From: an uncultured bacterium
GTDB lineage: Bacteria > SAR324 > NAC60-12
Reading direction: 5' to 3'
Assembly: GCA_965662235.1 (NCBI GenBank)
Contig: CBFIGY010000001.1
Span: 352,001-416,000 of the forward strand
Length of the DNA: 64,000 bases
Shown here: piece after piece, positions 50,261 to 60,470 of the stretch
Position numbering within the stretch: the first letter of the stretch is position 1
Layout of the letters: every line of letters starts with the position of its first letter
Position numbers and translations under genes: made by a program
Notes under the pieces: generated by a model
Told to the model about the DNA's origin: nothing
What the model saw: the letters and a program-made list of their open reading frames with translations, nothing else
Databases searched by the model: none

Positions 50261-51601
50261 CTAAGTGCCACTGATGTTCATTTTTTCAATTTTGAAGGCA
50301 GGGGTGAGGATGGCACTTCGCGGGTCCACTTCCGACCCGATCATGCTCAAATTCTGGAGCATTTGCAGGTACGTGCTGGCGATGGTGAACTCAGCAACCG
50401 GCTCAGCCAGCTGTCCGTTGCGGATCCACAGGCCTTGCGCGCCCCGAGAGTAGTCACCGGTGGTGATGTTGGCTCCCTGCCCTGACATGAAGGTCAGGTA
50501 GAGCCCATCCGGCACACTGGCAATCAGTTCTGCCTCAGGGTAGGCGCCCGGAACGAGCATCAGGTTGCTGTAGCCTCCGGCGTGTCCGGTGGTCTCCTTG
50601 CCCAGTTTTTTGGCGGAGTAGGTGGAGAGCATGAAGTTCTGGAGCCGTCCGTTTTCAATCAACGGCAGGGGCTGAGCGGTGACGCCTTCAGCATCGTAGA
50701 GCCGGCTTCCCAGCTTCCCAGGGAGAAGCGGCTCGTCGCTCAGGGTAAAGTCCGGGTGCGCGATGACGGTTCCCAAGGCGTCGGCCAGGAAGGACTGCTT
50801 GCGGAAGATGTTCTCCCCCATCAGGGCCGAGGCCAGGCTTCCCAGAAAGCTCCTTGCCATCTCGGCGCTGAAGACCACCGGAACCTCGCAGGAACGCGGC
50901 TTGACGGCGCCGACCTTGCGGAGGACGCGCCGAGAGGCTTCTTGAGCAAGGTTGACGTTGGAGTCCAGCTGGTTGCGGAAGCGGTTGCTGGAGTACCAGC
51001 CATCGGTCTGCTTGCGTCCGGAGTTCTCTCCCCCCTGCCCTGGGTCATCAACCACCAGGGAGATGCCACGGGAGAAGAGGGTCTTGCTGTAGCCGTCGAG
51101 GAAGCCATTGGAGTCGGCATACACCACATGAGACAGCGCATCGGAGTAGTAAGCCTGATCCGACCGGAGGCGCTCATCCAACTCTAGGGTCTGACGTTCC
51201 AGCTCAATGGTTTCCGTCACCTTCTGGTCAGCGGGCACCGAGGCGTGGTCAGGATCCAGCGCCTGCAGGTCCACCTGCGCGCGGCCCTGCCGCTCAGGGC
51301 TGGGGAGGTCGTAAAAGGCATCTTCACCCATGAAGGGCAGGGCTTCCAGCGTCTGCTGAATGAGGGGCCGGATGGAGTCGACGCTGAGGTCGTTTGAGGT
51401 CAGAGACGAGCGCCGGTGTCCCTGACTGAGGGTCAGGTGAATGCCAGAGGATCCGGACTCCCGCAGAGAGTCGATTTCCCCCTCTCGGATCTCTACCTGG
51501 AAGGACGTGGCGCTGGCAAGAGAAACGGTGATTTGCTCGGCGCCGGCCTTTTGGGCGACAGCGAGGATTTCCTGAGCAAGTGCTTGGTGCGCGTCGATCA
51601 C
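50261..51601 (-). CDS. pmbA: PmbA/TldE metalloprotease partner
   Basis: YDAEGV, TTGHAGG, TGDYSRGAQG; GTG start overlaps tldD stop. Confidence 0.88.
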   Translation of the reverse strand: MIDAHQALAQEILAVAQKAGAEQITVSLASATSFQVEIREGEIDSLRESGSSGIHLTLSQGHRRSSLTSNDLSVDSIRPLIQQTLEALPFMGEDAFYDLPSPERQGRAQVDLQALDPDHASVPADQKVTETIELERQTLELDERLRSDQAYYSDALSHVVYADSNGFLDGYSKTLFSRGISLVVDDPGQGGENSGRKQTDGWYSSNRFRNQLDSNVNLAQEASRRVLRKVGAVKPRSCEVPVVFSAEMARSFLGSLASALMGENIFRKQSFLADALGTVIAHPDFTLSDEPLLPGKLGSRLYDAEGVTAQPLPLIENGRLQNFMLSTYSAKKLGKETTGHAGGYSNLMLVPGAYPEAELIASVPDGLYLTFMSGQGANITTGDYSRGAQGLWIRNGQLAEPVAEFTIASTYLQMLQNLSMIGSEVDPRSAILTPAFKIEKMNISGT

Positions 51602-53079
51602 ATGCCTCCTACGGTCATGTCCGAGATCAGCAGGGTCGGCAGTCCGACTCCCACAGGGACGCTCTGACCGTCTTTGCCGCAGGTCCAGATGCCGTCGCTG
51701 AATGCAAAGTCGTTCCCGACCATCGTGACCTTGGAAAGGGCATCGGGCCCGTTGCCAATGAGGGTGAAGTTCTTCAGCGGCACCGTTTTGCGGCCCTCTT
51801 CCACCAGCCACGCCACCGTGGGCACAAACACAAAGTCTCCGTTGGAGATGTCCACCTGCCCACCACTGAAGGACTCGCAGTAAACGCCCTTGCGGACCGA
51901 TGCGAGGATTTCCTCGGGCTCGCTGGATCCGGGTGCTAGGTAGGTCGTGGTCATGCGGGGAAGGGGCGGGTGCGCGTAGGACTCGCGACGACCGTTTCCA
52001 GAAGGCTCAATGCCGTAATGCTGCGCGCTGATGTGGTCATGCATGTACTGGCGGAGGACTCCGTTTTCGATGAGGAGATTTTCCTGAGAGAGGGCTCCTT
52101 CGTCATCAAAATTGATGGCCCCGCGATCGTGTTCAATGACTCCGGAGTCGTAGATGGTGCACAGGTCAGAAGCAACTTTTTCCCCAATGCGCCCACTGTA
52201 GGCAGAAGAGCCCTTGCGGTTGAAGTCGGCTTCAAGCGGGTGCCCAACGGCTTCATGGAGGAGGATGCCGGATTGAGCGGGGCCTAGGATGACTGGGAAG
52301 CTTCCGGATGGTGCCTGCACCGCTTGGAGCAGAAGCAGCGCATCCGCAGCGGCTTCGCGTCCCAGCCGTTGAGGCAGTCCGGACTCCAGCAGCGTCTGGG
52401 CACTGCGACGTCCTCCGGTTCCGGAGGAGCCTGACTGGATGTTGCCGTTTTCTTCTGCAACACAGTGCACATTGAAGCGCACCATGGGCCGCGTGTCGGC
52501 CATCAGGCGTCCGGTGGAGGTGGCAACAAGGTTGTGGGTCAAGGAATCCACGGTGGCCACGGTCACCCGGATGATGCGCTCATCCGTTTCATGAGCTGCT
52601 TGCTCTGCCGCTTGCAAAAGGTGAATTTTCTCACTTAGGGAGACGTCGTTGGCGGTCTCGTCAATCGGGTAGTAATTCTTGGGAACGAGGCGACTGAACT
52701 GCGCCACCTCATGTCCGGGAACACTGCCGTGCCGGGCAATGGCGGAAGCCGATCGGGCGGCACGGAGCATGGCTGGCAGCTCAAGGGTCTCGCTGTAGGC
52801 GTAGCCCGTCTGATCTCCCTGCAGGACCCGGACGCCCATTCCGGCAATCAGGGCCACCGACGAGCTTTTGACGATCCCTTCCTCTAGCACCACCGACTGT
52901 CGAGTGCTGTACTCAAAGTAGAGGTCGGCGTAGGTGCCTCCCTGACCCAGGGCCTCGGCCATCACCTGACGGAGGACCTCCGGAGTGATGCCCAGCTGGT
53001 GTTCGAACCAGCGGTCGGCCGAATCCGTTGCAGACCGGTGAGGCTGCAAGGCAGCGGCAGGTTGGGAAGCGTGTGGCAT
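51598..53079 (-). CDS. tldD: TldD metalloprotease
   Basis: ILLHEAVGHPLE, DDEG, GNGRRES, PRMTTT, CGKDGQSVPV. Confidence 0.93.
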   Translation of the reverse strand: MPHASQPAAALQPHRSATDSADRWFEHQLGITPEVLRQVMAEALGQGGTYADLYFEYSTRQSVVLEEGIVKSSSVALIAGMGVRVLQGDQTGYAYSETLELPAMLRAARSASAIARHGSVPGHEVAQFSRLVPKNYYPIDETANDVSLSEKIHLLQAAEQAAHETDERIIRVTVATVDSLTHNLVATSTGRLMADTRPMVRFNVHCVAEENGNIQSGSSGTGGRRSAQTLLESGLPQRLGREAAADALLLLQAVQAPSGSFPVILGPAQSGILLHEAVGHPLEADFNRKGSSAYSGRIGEKVASDLCTIYDSGVIEHDRGAINFDDEGALSQENLLIENGVLRQYMHDHISAQHYGIEPSGNGRRESYAHPPLPRMTTTYLAPGSSEPEEILASVRKGVYCESFSGGQVDISNGDFVFVPTVAWLVEEGRKTVPLKNFTLIGNGPDALSKVTMVGNDFAFSDGIWTCGKDGQSVPVGVGLPTLLISDMTVGGM

Positions 53080-54221
53080 CAAGCGGATGGGGTGAGGTGG
53101 TGGCAAATGAATTCGGCGGCACGCTGATAGGCTCCAGGCTGCCCCAGCAGGTTCCGAACATTTTGAAGCGAGGCAATCATTCTTTCACGAGAGGGGGCAT
53201 CCTGCAAGAGCCGAGCGGCCTGCTCAGCGACCCGCTCTGGGGTGAAGCGATCCTGCAGCAGCTCGGGAACCACCTCCTTTTTGGAAAGGACGTTCACGAG
53301 GCCGATGTGCTCCACCTGTGCCAGTGCCTGAGCAATCCGATAGGTCAGTCCGGAAACCCGATACACCACAACATTGGGCGTGAGCGCGAGTCCGGTCTGC
53401 AGGGAGGCGGTTCCAGAAGCCACCAGCACAACATCAGATGCCTGCACTGACGCCTGAAATCCGCCCGGTCCGGTGACCAGCTTCACGGGGACTTCCGCAG
53501 AAGCGACCTGTTGCTGCAACTCGGCAGGGTTGAGGCTTTCGGCCACAGGGAGGAGGCACTGAAGGGGGCCCACCTGCTGCTGCAGCAAGGGAAGCGACGC
53601 CAAAAGAGTGTCTAGGTGCCGCCGGACCTCGCTGGGGCGGCTGCCGGGGGCAATGGTGATCAGCGGTTGATTCGGGGCAGGAGCGTGGTGCGTCCGGAAG
53701 GCCTGCACCTCGTCTTCAGGGAGCAGCTGATCCAGCAGCGGGTGGCCCACCCAGTGAACCGGCACCCCGGCTTCTTCGTAAAGCTCCACCTCAAAGGGAA
53801 AGAGCACAAGCATCTGATCGACCACCTGCTGGATCGTCCGGATGCGTCCCTTTCGCCACGCCCAGACCTGGGGGCTGTTGAAGAAGTACACCGGAATGCC
53901 CAGCTGCTTGGCCTGACGGGCCACCTTGAGGTTGAAGCCGGGGTAGTCGACCAGAAGGACGGCATCCGGACGCTCCTCACGCATCGCTTGCCCAAGCAGG
54001 TTGAGCTTCTGGTACAGCCGTGGCAGGTGCCGGATGACTTCTGTGATGCCGTGTACCTGCAGCTCATCCATGAGGAAGTAGGGGCGCAGTCCGGCCCGCA
54101 GCATCTGCGGTCCCCCGACCCCAAAGGCGTCCAGGTGAGGCACCAGGGCGTTCAGCTGCAGCAACAATCCGGCACCGTGGGCGTCTCCAGACGCTTCTCC
54201 TGCGACCAGCATGAGCCTCAT
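53079..54221 (-). CDS. lpxB: Lipid-A-disaccharide synthase
   Basis: AGEASGD, DYPGFN, PQVWAWR, PFE, VGHP, PGSR..E, SGTA.L. Confidence 0.94.
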   Translation of the reverse strand: MRLMLVAGEASGDAHGAGLLLQLNALVPHLDAFGVGGPQMLRAGLRPYFLMDELQVHGITEVIRHLPRLYQKLNLLGQAMREERPDAVLLVDYPGFNLKVARQAKQLGIPVYFFNSPQVWAWRKGRIRTIQQVVDQMLVLFPFEVELYEEAGVPVHWVGHPLLDQLLPEDEVQAFRTHHAPAPNQPLITIAPGSRPSEVRRHLDTLLASLPLLQQQVGPLQCLLPVAESLNPAELQQQVASAEVPVKLVTGPGGFQASVQASDVVLVASGTASLQTGLALTPNVVVYRVSGLTYRIAQALAQVEHIGLVNVLSKKEVVPELLQDRFTPERVAEQAARLLQDAPSRERMIASLQNVRNLLGQPGAYQRAAEFICHHLTPSA

Positions 54222-54682
54222 GGTGTGCCCCCCTGATCTTTGAAAACCAGCCCCACTTGCGGGAAACCGAGCTTCTGCAGCGCGAGCATCAGTTCCACAA
54301 GGGTCCGGTGCGGGAGCTGCTCGTCCATCTGGATGTGAACCGGCCGTTGCCGAGCCTCCGGATCCCAACGTTCGAGGGTGGTCACCAGTTCGTTCAAGCC
54401 AAGCGTCGGGCTAGCCTGAATGGCCTCTCTGGAGTCACCTTCTGGAAGACGGTAGGCCCCTTGAGCATCGACCACGACCAGCACAGTGTTTTCAAACTCA
54501 GGCAGGCGATACGGAAGGTTTCCTTGGGGGAGGTTGACCGGTAGGGACTGGGTGAGGAACGGGGCGGTGATGACCAGCGCCACGACCAGGATCAGCAGCA
54601 CATCGACCAGAGGGGTGACGTTGATGTCGGACATCAACTCTCCACGGAAGCGCCGGGCGTGTCTAAATTCTCTTCTCTTCAT
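54218..54682 (-). CDS. tolR: ExbD/TolR family protein
   Basis: INVTPLVDVLLIL TM motif. Confidence 0.8.
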   Translation of the reverse strand: MKRREFRHARRFRGELMSDINVTPLVDVLLILVVALVITAPFLTQSLPVNLPQGNLPYRLPEFENTVLVVVDAQGAYRLPEGDSREAIQASPTLGLNELVTTLERWDPEARQRPVHIQMDEQLPHRTLVELMLALQKLGFPQVGLVFKDQGGTP

Positions 54683-55355
54683 GCAGAGTCAACTGCCGCT
54701 GGAGCCTTCGGAGGAACTGCAGGGCAAAGTAATCAAGGGTTTCGGTAAGGTCACGCACAATGGAGCGCAGGAGGTTGTACCCTAAGGTGGCAGGAATGGC
54801 GGCAAACAGTCCAGCTGCGGTTGCGACGAGTGCCTCAGCGATGCTGGGACTGATGACCGCAAGGTCCACGGCATTCTGTTCGCCAATGCCCTGAAAGGTT
54901 TCCATGACTCCCAAAACGGTGCCAAACAACCCAATGAAGGGGGCAGAAACTGCGATGGACGCCAGCAAGGCCTGCCCCCGCGTTAGTTCCCGCTCGGCAA
55001 GAACGATCTGAGCCTCAAGGGTGCGCTCCAGCATTTCCACAAACTCCATGCGCAGATTGGATCCGGACGCCGGGTGCATCTTCTGAAAGCGCTGAAACTC
55101 CTTCTGACCCTGCTCAAACATGCGCTTCAAGGGGGAATCCGGGAGCTTCCGGACACGAGGAATCAGCTCCTCAAACTGAGTGGCGGACTCAAAGACCTTG
55201 AGGAAGTGCCGGTAACGGATCCGGCGGCGGAACAGGTTGAAGAGGCTGGCAAAGAGGATCGACCAGACCAGCAAAGACGCAACGCCCAGCACAGCCAGGA
55301 CGCCCAAGGCAATGGGAGAGGAAGTCGAAGGGAGTGTGAACAGCAGTGAGCCCAT
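54663..55355 (-). CDS. tolQ: MotA/TolQ/ExbB proton channel
   Basis: APFIGLFGTV.G, IAEALVATAAGLFAAIPA. Confidence 0.85.
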   Translation of the reverse strand: MGSLLFTLPSTSSPIALGVLAVLGVASLLVWSILFASLFNLFRRRIRYRHFLKVFESATQFEELIPRVRKLPDSPLKRMFEQGQKEFQRFQKMHPASGSNLRMEFVEMLERTLEAQIVLAERELTRGQALLASIAVSAPFIGLFGTVLGVMETFQGIGEQNAVDLAVISPSIAEALVATAAGLFAAIPATLGYNLLRSIVRDLTETLDYFALQFLRRLQRQLTLHEEKRI

Positions 55356-55380
55356 CCGGCGGCATCAGGTCGCGGGGGCG

Positions 55381-56364
55381 TTAATCGCGAAGCAGGAAGG
55401 TAAAGGCGACCCGTCGGTTCTTGGCCCAAGCCTGCTCATTGGACTCCGGCACCGCCGGGAACTCTTCACCAAAGCTGATGGTCCGGATCAGGGTGGTGTC
55501 TGCAGAGTAAACCCGAATGGCCTCATAGACGGCGTTGGCGCGTCGGTGTCCCAGAGCTAGGTTGTACTCGTCGCTTCCGCGCTCGTCAGCGTGTCCCTCA
55601 ATCTGCAGGATCATGTCTCCTCGGAGCTGCAAGGCGTCCAGAACCCCGGGGATGCGTTCCTGTAGAAGCTCCTGGTAGTCAGCCTCAATGCGGCTTTGGT
55701 CGAAGGCAAAGTAGACGTTGGGAAGGAGCTGTTCCACCAGCGGGTTCCGGACGGGCGGGAGCCCACGGTCACGCATGTCGATGAGGCTGAGGTAGATCTG
55801 CTGAAGGACGTCTTCCTGAGTATTTTCAGAGGCCACCGGCATGAGGTCCGGTTCCGCCATGCTGTAGTCCTGATCAAAGCTCTGGGGCTCGCTGGGAGCC
55901 ACCATGGCCGATTCCAAAGCTTGGAGGTACTCGTCGGTTGTCATCGGGGGTGGCGGAGGCTCTGGCTCAGCGTAGAGGTAAGGGTCGTTGTCGGTCAGAT
56001 TCGGATCATAAGACGAGTCCGCCTCCGGAACCGTCTCGGGGTCGTAGAGCTGCAGCAAGCGCCCGTCGTTGGGGTCTGGCTGAGAGATGGGGGTCATCTC
56101 ACTCTGAGCGGCAGCCAGCTCGCGTTCCTTGGCCTCAATGGAGCGGGCGTATTCTTCGTCGGCGTTCGCTTCAGCATCCAAGCTGGCGGGCACGGACTCC
56201 GAAGGGGCAGCGGGCACCGAGATTTCATCAGAGGTGTCCTGAGGGACCACCTCTGCCAAGGAGCTTTCCGGAGCCGCAGGCTCAGAGTCTGAGAACAGTC
56301 CACAACCGCTCACCGCGAGGGAAAGCGAAGCAGCAAGGAGTAAGAATCCGATCAGGTATTTCAT
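55381..56364 (-). CDS. OmpA/Pal-domain lipoprotein with long acidic linker
   Basis: Lipobox VSG/C; VYFAFD, IEGHADERGSDEYNLALG.RRA, SFGEE, AWAKNRR. Confidence 0.85.
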   Translation of the reverse strand: MKYLIGFLLLAASLSLAVSGCGLFSDSEPAAPESSLAEVVPQDTSDEISVPAAPSESVPASLDAEANADEEYARSIEAKERELAAAQSEMTPISQPDPNDGRLLQLYDPETVPEADSSYDPNLTDNDPYLYAEPEPPPPPMTTDEYLQALESAMVAPSEPQSFDQDYSMAEPDLMPVASENTQEDVLQQIYLSLIDMRDRGLPPVRNPLVEQLLPNVYFAFDQSRIEADYQELLQERIPGVLDALQLRGDMILQIEGHADERGSDEYNLALGHRRANAVYEAIRVYSADTTLIRTISFGEEFPAVPESNEQAWAKNRRVAFTFLLRD

Positions 56365-56686
56365 GGCGGTTTGGTATCAACAGCGCGGCAGTACTTTGGG
56401 CAAACAACCCTCGGAGGCGGAATGTGCAAATTCAGTTCCCTTTCAGAAAGCTGAGACAGAAACCTCCTGAAAGCGCGTGTGGCCGGAATCGTGTACAAGG
56501 GTCGACCAAGGCATGTTTTGCAGGTTTTTGCAAACAACCGCAAGCGCCGACTGTAGAGGGCGGAAAAAATTACTGACTCACCGGCCTCAATTGGAGGGGA
56601 CGTGAAGTTGAAGTTGCGTGGTTGAGAGGTCCTTGTTTACACTGCTGGGGAGAAAACGATACTCCCAACCTCGATAGAAAGAAACC

Positions 56687-59600
56687 ATGTCTTTTCGATC
56701 CTTGCTGAGTCTACGCCCGTGGCTGGTCCTGCTGCTCCTGTTGAGTCTGGGGGGCTCCCTCCTCTGGGCCCGTAACGACCTTGACAACTCTGACACGCGG
56801 TGGCCTGAGCGGCAGTACCGGCGGTTCCTGTTGCCCAACGGCATGAAGGTCATCCTCATCTCCGACCCAACGATGCAGCGGAGTGCGGCTTCCCTAGCGG
56901 TGGGAGTGGGATCGCTGATGGACCCGCGTGACCGTCAGGGGCTGGCCCACTTCCTAGAACACATGCTCTTCTTGGGCACTGAAAAGTACCCCACTCCAGG
57001 GAGCTACCAGGAGTTCGTCTCCACAAACGATGGCTTCACCAACGCCTTCACGTCTGAGGAGATGACCAACTACCACTTTGAGATTGCTCCTGATGCCTTT
57101 GAAGAAGGCCTGGACCGCTTCTCTCAGTTCTTCACGGCCCCGCTCTTCAATCAGGAGCTTGTGGACCGAGAGATCCGGGCGGTGGACTCTGAGCACTCGA
57201 AGAACATCCCGAACGACTTCCGGCGGGTCTTCCAGGTTGAGCGAGAAGCCTATGAACCCGGACACCCGGCCCGGCACTTTTCCACCGGAAACCTAGACAC
57301 GCTTGGGGGCGTCTCGCGTGAGGAACTCCTCCGGTTTTACCGGACCCAGTACTCTGCCAACCGCATGACCCTAGCGGTTGCCAGTCGGCACAGCCTAGAC
57401 ACCCTTCAGCGCTGGGTGGTCCCGCGTTTTGTCTTGGTGGCCAACCGCAACCTTCCGGAGTGGAACGTCCCCGGCGAGTTCATGGCACCCGACCCGAACT
57501 TCCGGCTGATGCAGGTGAAGACGGTGAAGGACGCCCGCTCGCTGACCCTGAAGTTTGCGCTGCCGCCAACGATAAACTATTACGCCAGCAGGCCCCTAGG
57601 CCTGATTGGCTCCATGCTGGGGCATGAGGGCGAAAACAGCCTGCTCTCATTGCTCAAGCGAGAGAACCTGGCCACCGGGCTCTCAGCAGGTGGCGGAGGC
57701 AGCAACCGCTCCTACTCCTCGTTTAACCTCAACATTCAGCTGACGGAGCGAGGGCAACAGAATTACCGTCAGGTCATCACCTACGTATTTCAAGCCATTG
57801 AGCTGCTGCGGCGCAAGGGGTTGCCACGTCATGTGTTTGAGGAGAACCAGCGCATGGCGGAGATTGAACTGACCTTCATGAACCGGAGCGAAGGCACCTC
57901 GTTGACCAACATGTTTGCTTCCATGATGCAGTTCTACCCGCTCAAGGAGGTGGAGCGGGCGCCCTTCCTGCTGACGGAGTACAACCCCAAGCTCTTCGAC
58001 AGCATGCTCTTTCGGCTGACGCCGGACAACATGCTGGCAATTTTGGCCGCCCGGGACGTGGAGACTGACACCAAGGAACCTTATTACGGTACCGAGTATT
58101 CCTTCACTAAGTCTCACCCAGAGTGGGTTAAGGAGTGGGCACGTCCTGGACTGAATGCGGCCATCCAGCTTCCTGAGCCCAACCCCTTTCTTCCAGAGAA
58201 CCTGGCCCTGCAGCCCTTCCGGGGAGGATTTCAGCTGACGCACTCTTCCTTGGTTGGCTTGGAAGCAGAGGGGCTTCCGGAACCGTTGATGGCCCGGCTA
58301 CGGCAGGTGGAGGGACGCGAGTGGGGATCGTGGGACTCGCTCATGGCGACCCTGGAGCTGGAAACCCTAGAAGTCGACCGTCGTGGGCTGCAGGAGCTGC
58401 TGAAGAAGCATGCGCTTCCCACGCCGGTGAAGATCTTGGACGCCGAGCGGGGCCAGGTGTGGTTCCAGCAGGATTACCGCTTTGACTCGCCTAAGGCTCA
58501 GCTGCACTTCCGGATTGAAACCCCTGAGGTGTATGCCTCGCCACGCAATGCCGTGCTGTCTCAGCTGTATGCGGACGCGTTTGAAGAGGGGCTCAACGAG
58601 TTCACCTACCCGGCGCTGACGGCTGGACTGAGCTACAACGTCTGGTCAGACAAGAAGGGCATCCGCCTCAGCTTCAGCGGATACTCCGACCGGATCCTGA
58701 CGTTTGTGCAGGCCATCTCCACCAAGCTCAAGACCCTAGAGGTGGATGAGAAGACCTTTGCTGAGCTGAAGGAGCGCAAGCGCCGGAGCTACACCAACTT
58801 CCACCTTCAGCAGCCGTATCAGCAGGCCTTCTACTACCGGAGCCTGTTGCTGGAGAACCGCAAGTTCGCCCTCTGGGATTATGAAAAGGAGCTGGCTTCC
58901 ATCACCCTGAAAGAGCTCCGGGAGTACGCGCAGAAACGCCTCTACGCCCGCACCTTCCTTCAGGGGGTCGCGTATGGCAACCTAGAAGGCTCCGAAGTCC
59001 GGACAGCGGTCAATGAACTGCTGCAGACGCTGGGCGGGGAACCGCTTCCGGAAGCCGACCGCTACGTGGAGAGCATCCGGCAGATTCCTTCTGGAACCGC
59101 CTACACCCTTTCCCAACCCGTTGAGGTCAACAACTCGGCGCTGGTGATGGAGCTGCAGGTTGCACAGCGGACGCCTCAGAATCAGGTGGCCCTGCAGGTG
59201 CTCAGCACCGCGCTTCAGCCCCAGGCTTACAACGAGCTGCGGACCAACCAGCAGCTGGGGTACATCGTCAATGCCAGCATGACTGAGGCGGAGGACACGC
59301 TGGGGCTGGTGTTTCTGGTCCAGTCTGGAACCTATGGACCCGCTGAGCTGGAAGCCCGGGTCCGGGCCTTCTTTCCGCAGTTCCTGAAGCAGGTGCAGCA
59401 GATGCCCGAGGCGCAGTTCCAGGCCCTGAAGGGCGCCGTCCGAAACGGCATGCTGGACAAGCCAGACTCCGTTTCAGCGGTTGCCGGCATGCTGTTTGGG
59501 CGGGCCTTTGAACGGCAGGCCGAATTTGACCCCACGAGCCCAGACCTCCGGGCGTTGGAGGCGTTGCAGCTGCAAGACCTGCAGGACCTCGTGGCTCAGC

Positions 59601-59740
59601 TGGGGGAGTCGCAGCAGCGTCGCCTGAGCCTCCGGATGATTGGTCAGGGACACCAAGATGGGCCGGTTGATGGAGTCCAGCTTTCTGACGTGGCAGCGTT
59701 CCGGAAGGCCCTAACGTGTCCGGATGCCTGCCTCCCCTGA
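56687..59740 (+). CDS. Secreted M16A insulinase/pitrilysin-family peptidase
   Basis: Signal peptide, GLAHFLEHMLFLG (HXXEH), NAFT, LRTNQQLGY. Confidence 0.92.
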   Translation: MSFRSLLSLRPWLVLLLLLSLGGSLLWARNDLDNSDTRWPERQYRRFLLPNGMKVILISDPTMQRSAASLAVGVGSLMDPRDRQGLAHFLEHMLFLGTEKYPTPGSYQEFVSTNDGFTNAFTSEEMTNYHFEIAPDAFEEGLDRFSQFFTAPLFNQELVDREIRAVDSEHSKNIPNDFRRVFQVEREAYEPGHPARHFSTGNLDTLGGVSREELLRFYRTQYSANRMTLAVASRHSLDTLQRWVVPRFVLVANRNLPEWNVPGEFMAPDPNFRLMQVKTVKDARSLTLKFALPPTINYYASRPLGLIGSMLGHEGENSLLSLLKRENLATGLSAGGGGSNRSYSSFNLNIQLTERGQQNYRQVITYVFQAIELLRRKGLPRHVFEENQRMAEIELTFMNRSEGTSLTNMFASMMQFYPLKEVERAPFLLTEYNPKLFDSMLFRLTPDNMLAILAARDVETDTKEPYYGTEYSFTKSHPEWVKEWARPGLNAAIQLPEPNPFLPENLALQPFRGGFQLTHSSLVGLEAEGLPEPLMARLRQVEGREWGSWDSLMATLELETLEVDRRGLQELLKKHALPTPVKILDAERGQVWFQQDYRFDSPKAQLHFRIETPEVYASPRNAVLSQLYADAFEEGLNEFTYPALTAGLSYNVWSDKKGIRLSFSGYSDRILTFVQAISTKLKTLEVDEKTFAELKERKRRSYTNFHLQQPYQQAFYYRSLLLENRKFALWDYEKELASITLKELREYAQKRLYARTFLQGVAYGNLEGSEVRTAVNELLQTLGGEPLPEADRYVESIRQIPSGTAYTLSQPVEVNNSALVMELQVAQRTPQNQVALQVLSTALQPQAYNELRTNQQLGYIVNASMTEAEDTLGLVFLVQSGTYGPAELEARVRAFFPQFLKQVQQMPEAQFQALKGAVRNGMLDKPDSVSAVAGMLFGRAFERQAEFDPTSPDLRALEALQLQDLQDLVAQLGESQQRRLSLRMIGQGHQDGPVDGVQLSDVAAFRKALTCPDACLP

Positions 59741-59856
59741 GGGACAACGGCGTGAAATAAAATTGACATTTCCAAGCAATTGGAGGAGGACAAGCACGTT
59801 TTCTCCTCCCTGCAGCAATCAGGGGGGTGTTCTTGGGAACTCAACTTGGAGGTGTC

Positions 59857-60339
59857 ATGGAAGCAATGAACTTGGGGCGTCCCCGCGCTTCAGAGGCGTC
59901 CGGAACGTCGGGAACGGTTGCAGCGCTGCTGGACCGCAAGGGCGCTTACGTCGTGTCGGTGGATCCGGATTGCACCGTCTCAGAAGCCGTGAAGGTCATG
60001 TGCCGGACCAAAGTCGGGGCCGTGATTGTGTTTGAGCATCAGGTGCCAGTGGGACTCTTCACTGAGCGAGATGTGATGCACCGCGTCGTCGCAGTGGATG
60101 CGGACCCAAAATCCATGCGGGTGAAGGAGGTGATGACGTCTCCGTTTGCCTCAGGAACTCCGGATCTGGAGATTCACGAGGCCGCAGAGATGATGAGCCA
60201 GAACCGCATCCGGCACTTGCCTGTGATGCAAGGGGGGCAGTTGATGGGAGTGATTTCGTCAGGTGATATTCTGGCGTGGAAGCTTCACAGCAATGAGTCC
60301 ATGATGCGTCACATGGAAGACTACTTCTTCCGACACTAA
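59857..60339 (+). CDS. CBS domain protein
   Basis: GLFTERD, IRHLPV, GVISSGD; GGAGG RBS before ATG 59857. Confidence 0.9.
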   Translation: MEAMNLGRPRASEASGTSGTVAALLDRKGAYVVSVDPDCTVSEAVKVMCRTKVGAVIVFEHQVPVGLFTERDVMHRVVAVDADPKSMRVKEVMTSPFASGTPDLEIHEAAEMMSQNRIRHLPVMQGGQLMGVISSGDILAWKLHSNESMMRHMEDYFFRH

Positions 60340-60470
60340 ACCTACCGGGGTGCGGCGCTGTCCGCACCTCATGGCTCCTGCAGCCCCTTCCTTAAAAGCA
60401 CTTCCGCAACAGTTGACCGGATCACCAACTTGGGCCTCCTTCAGCTAATGCCGTGGCACGTTCGGCAGCG

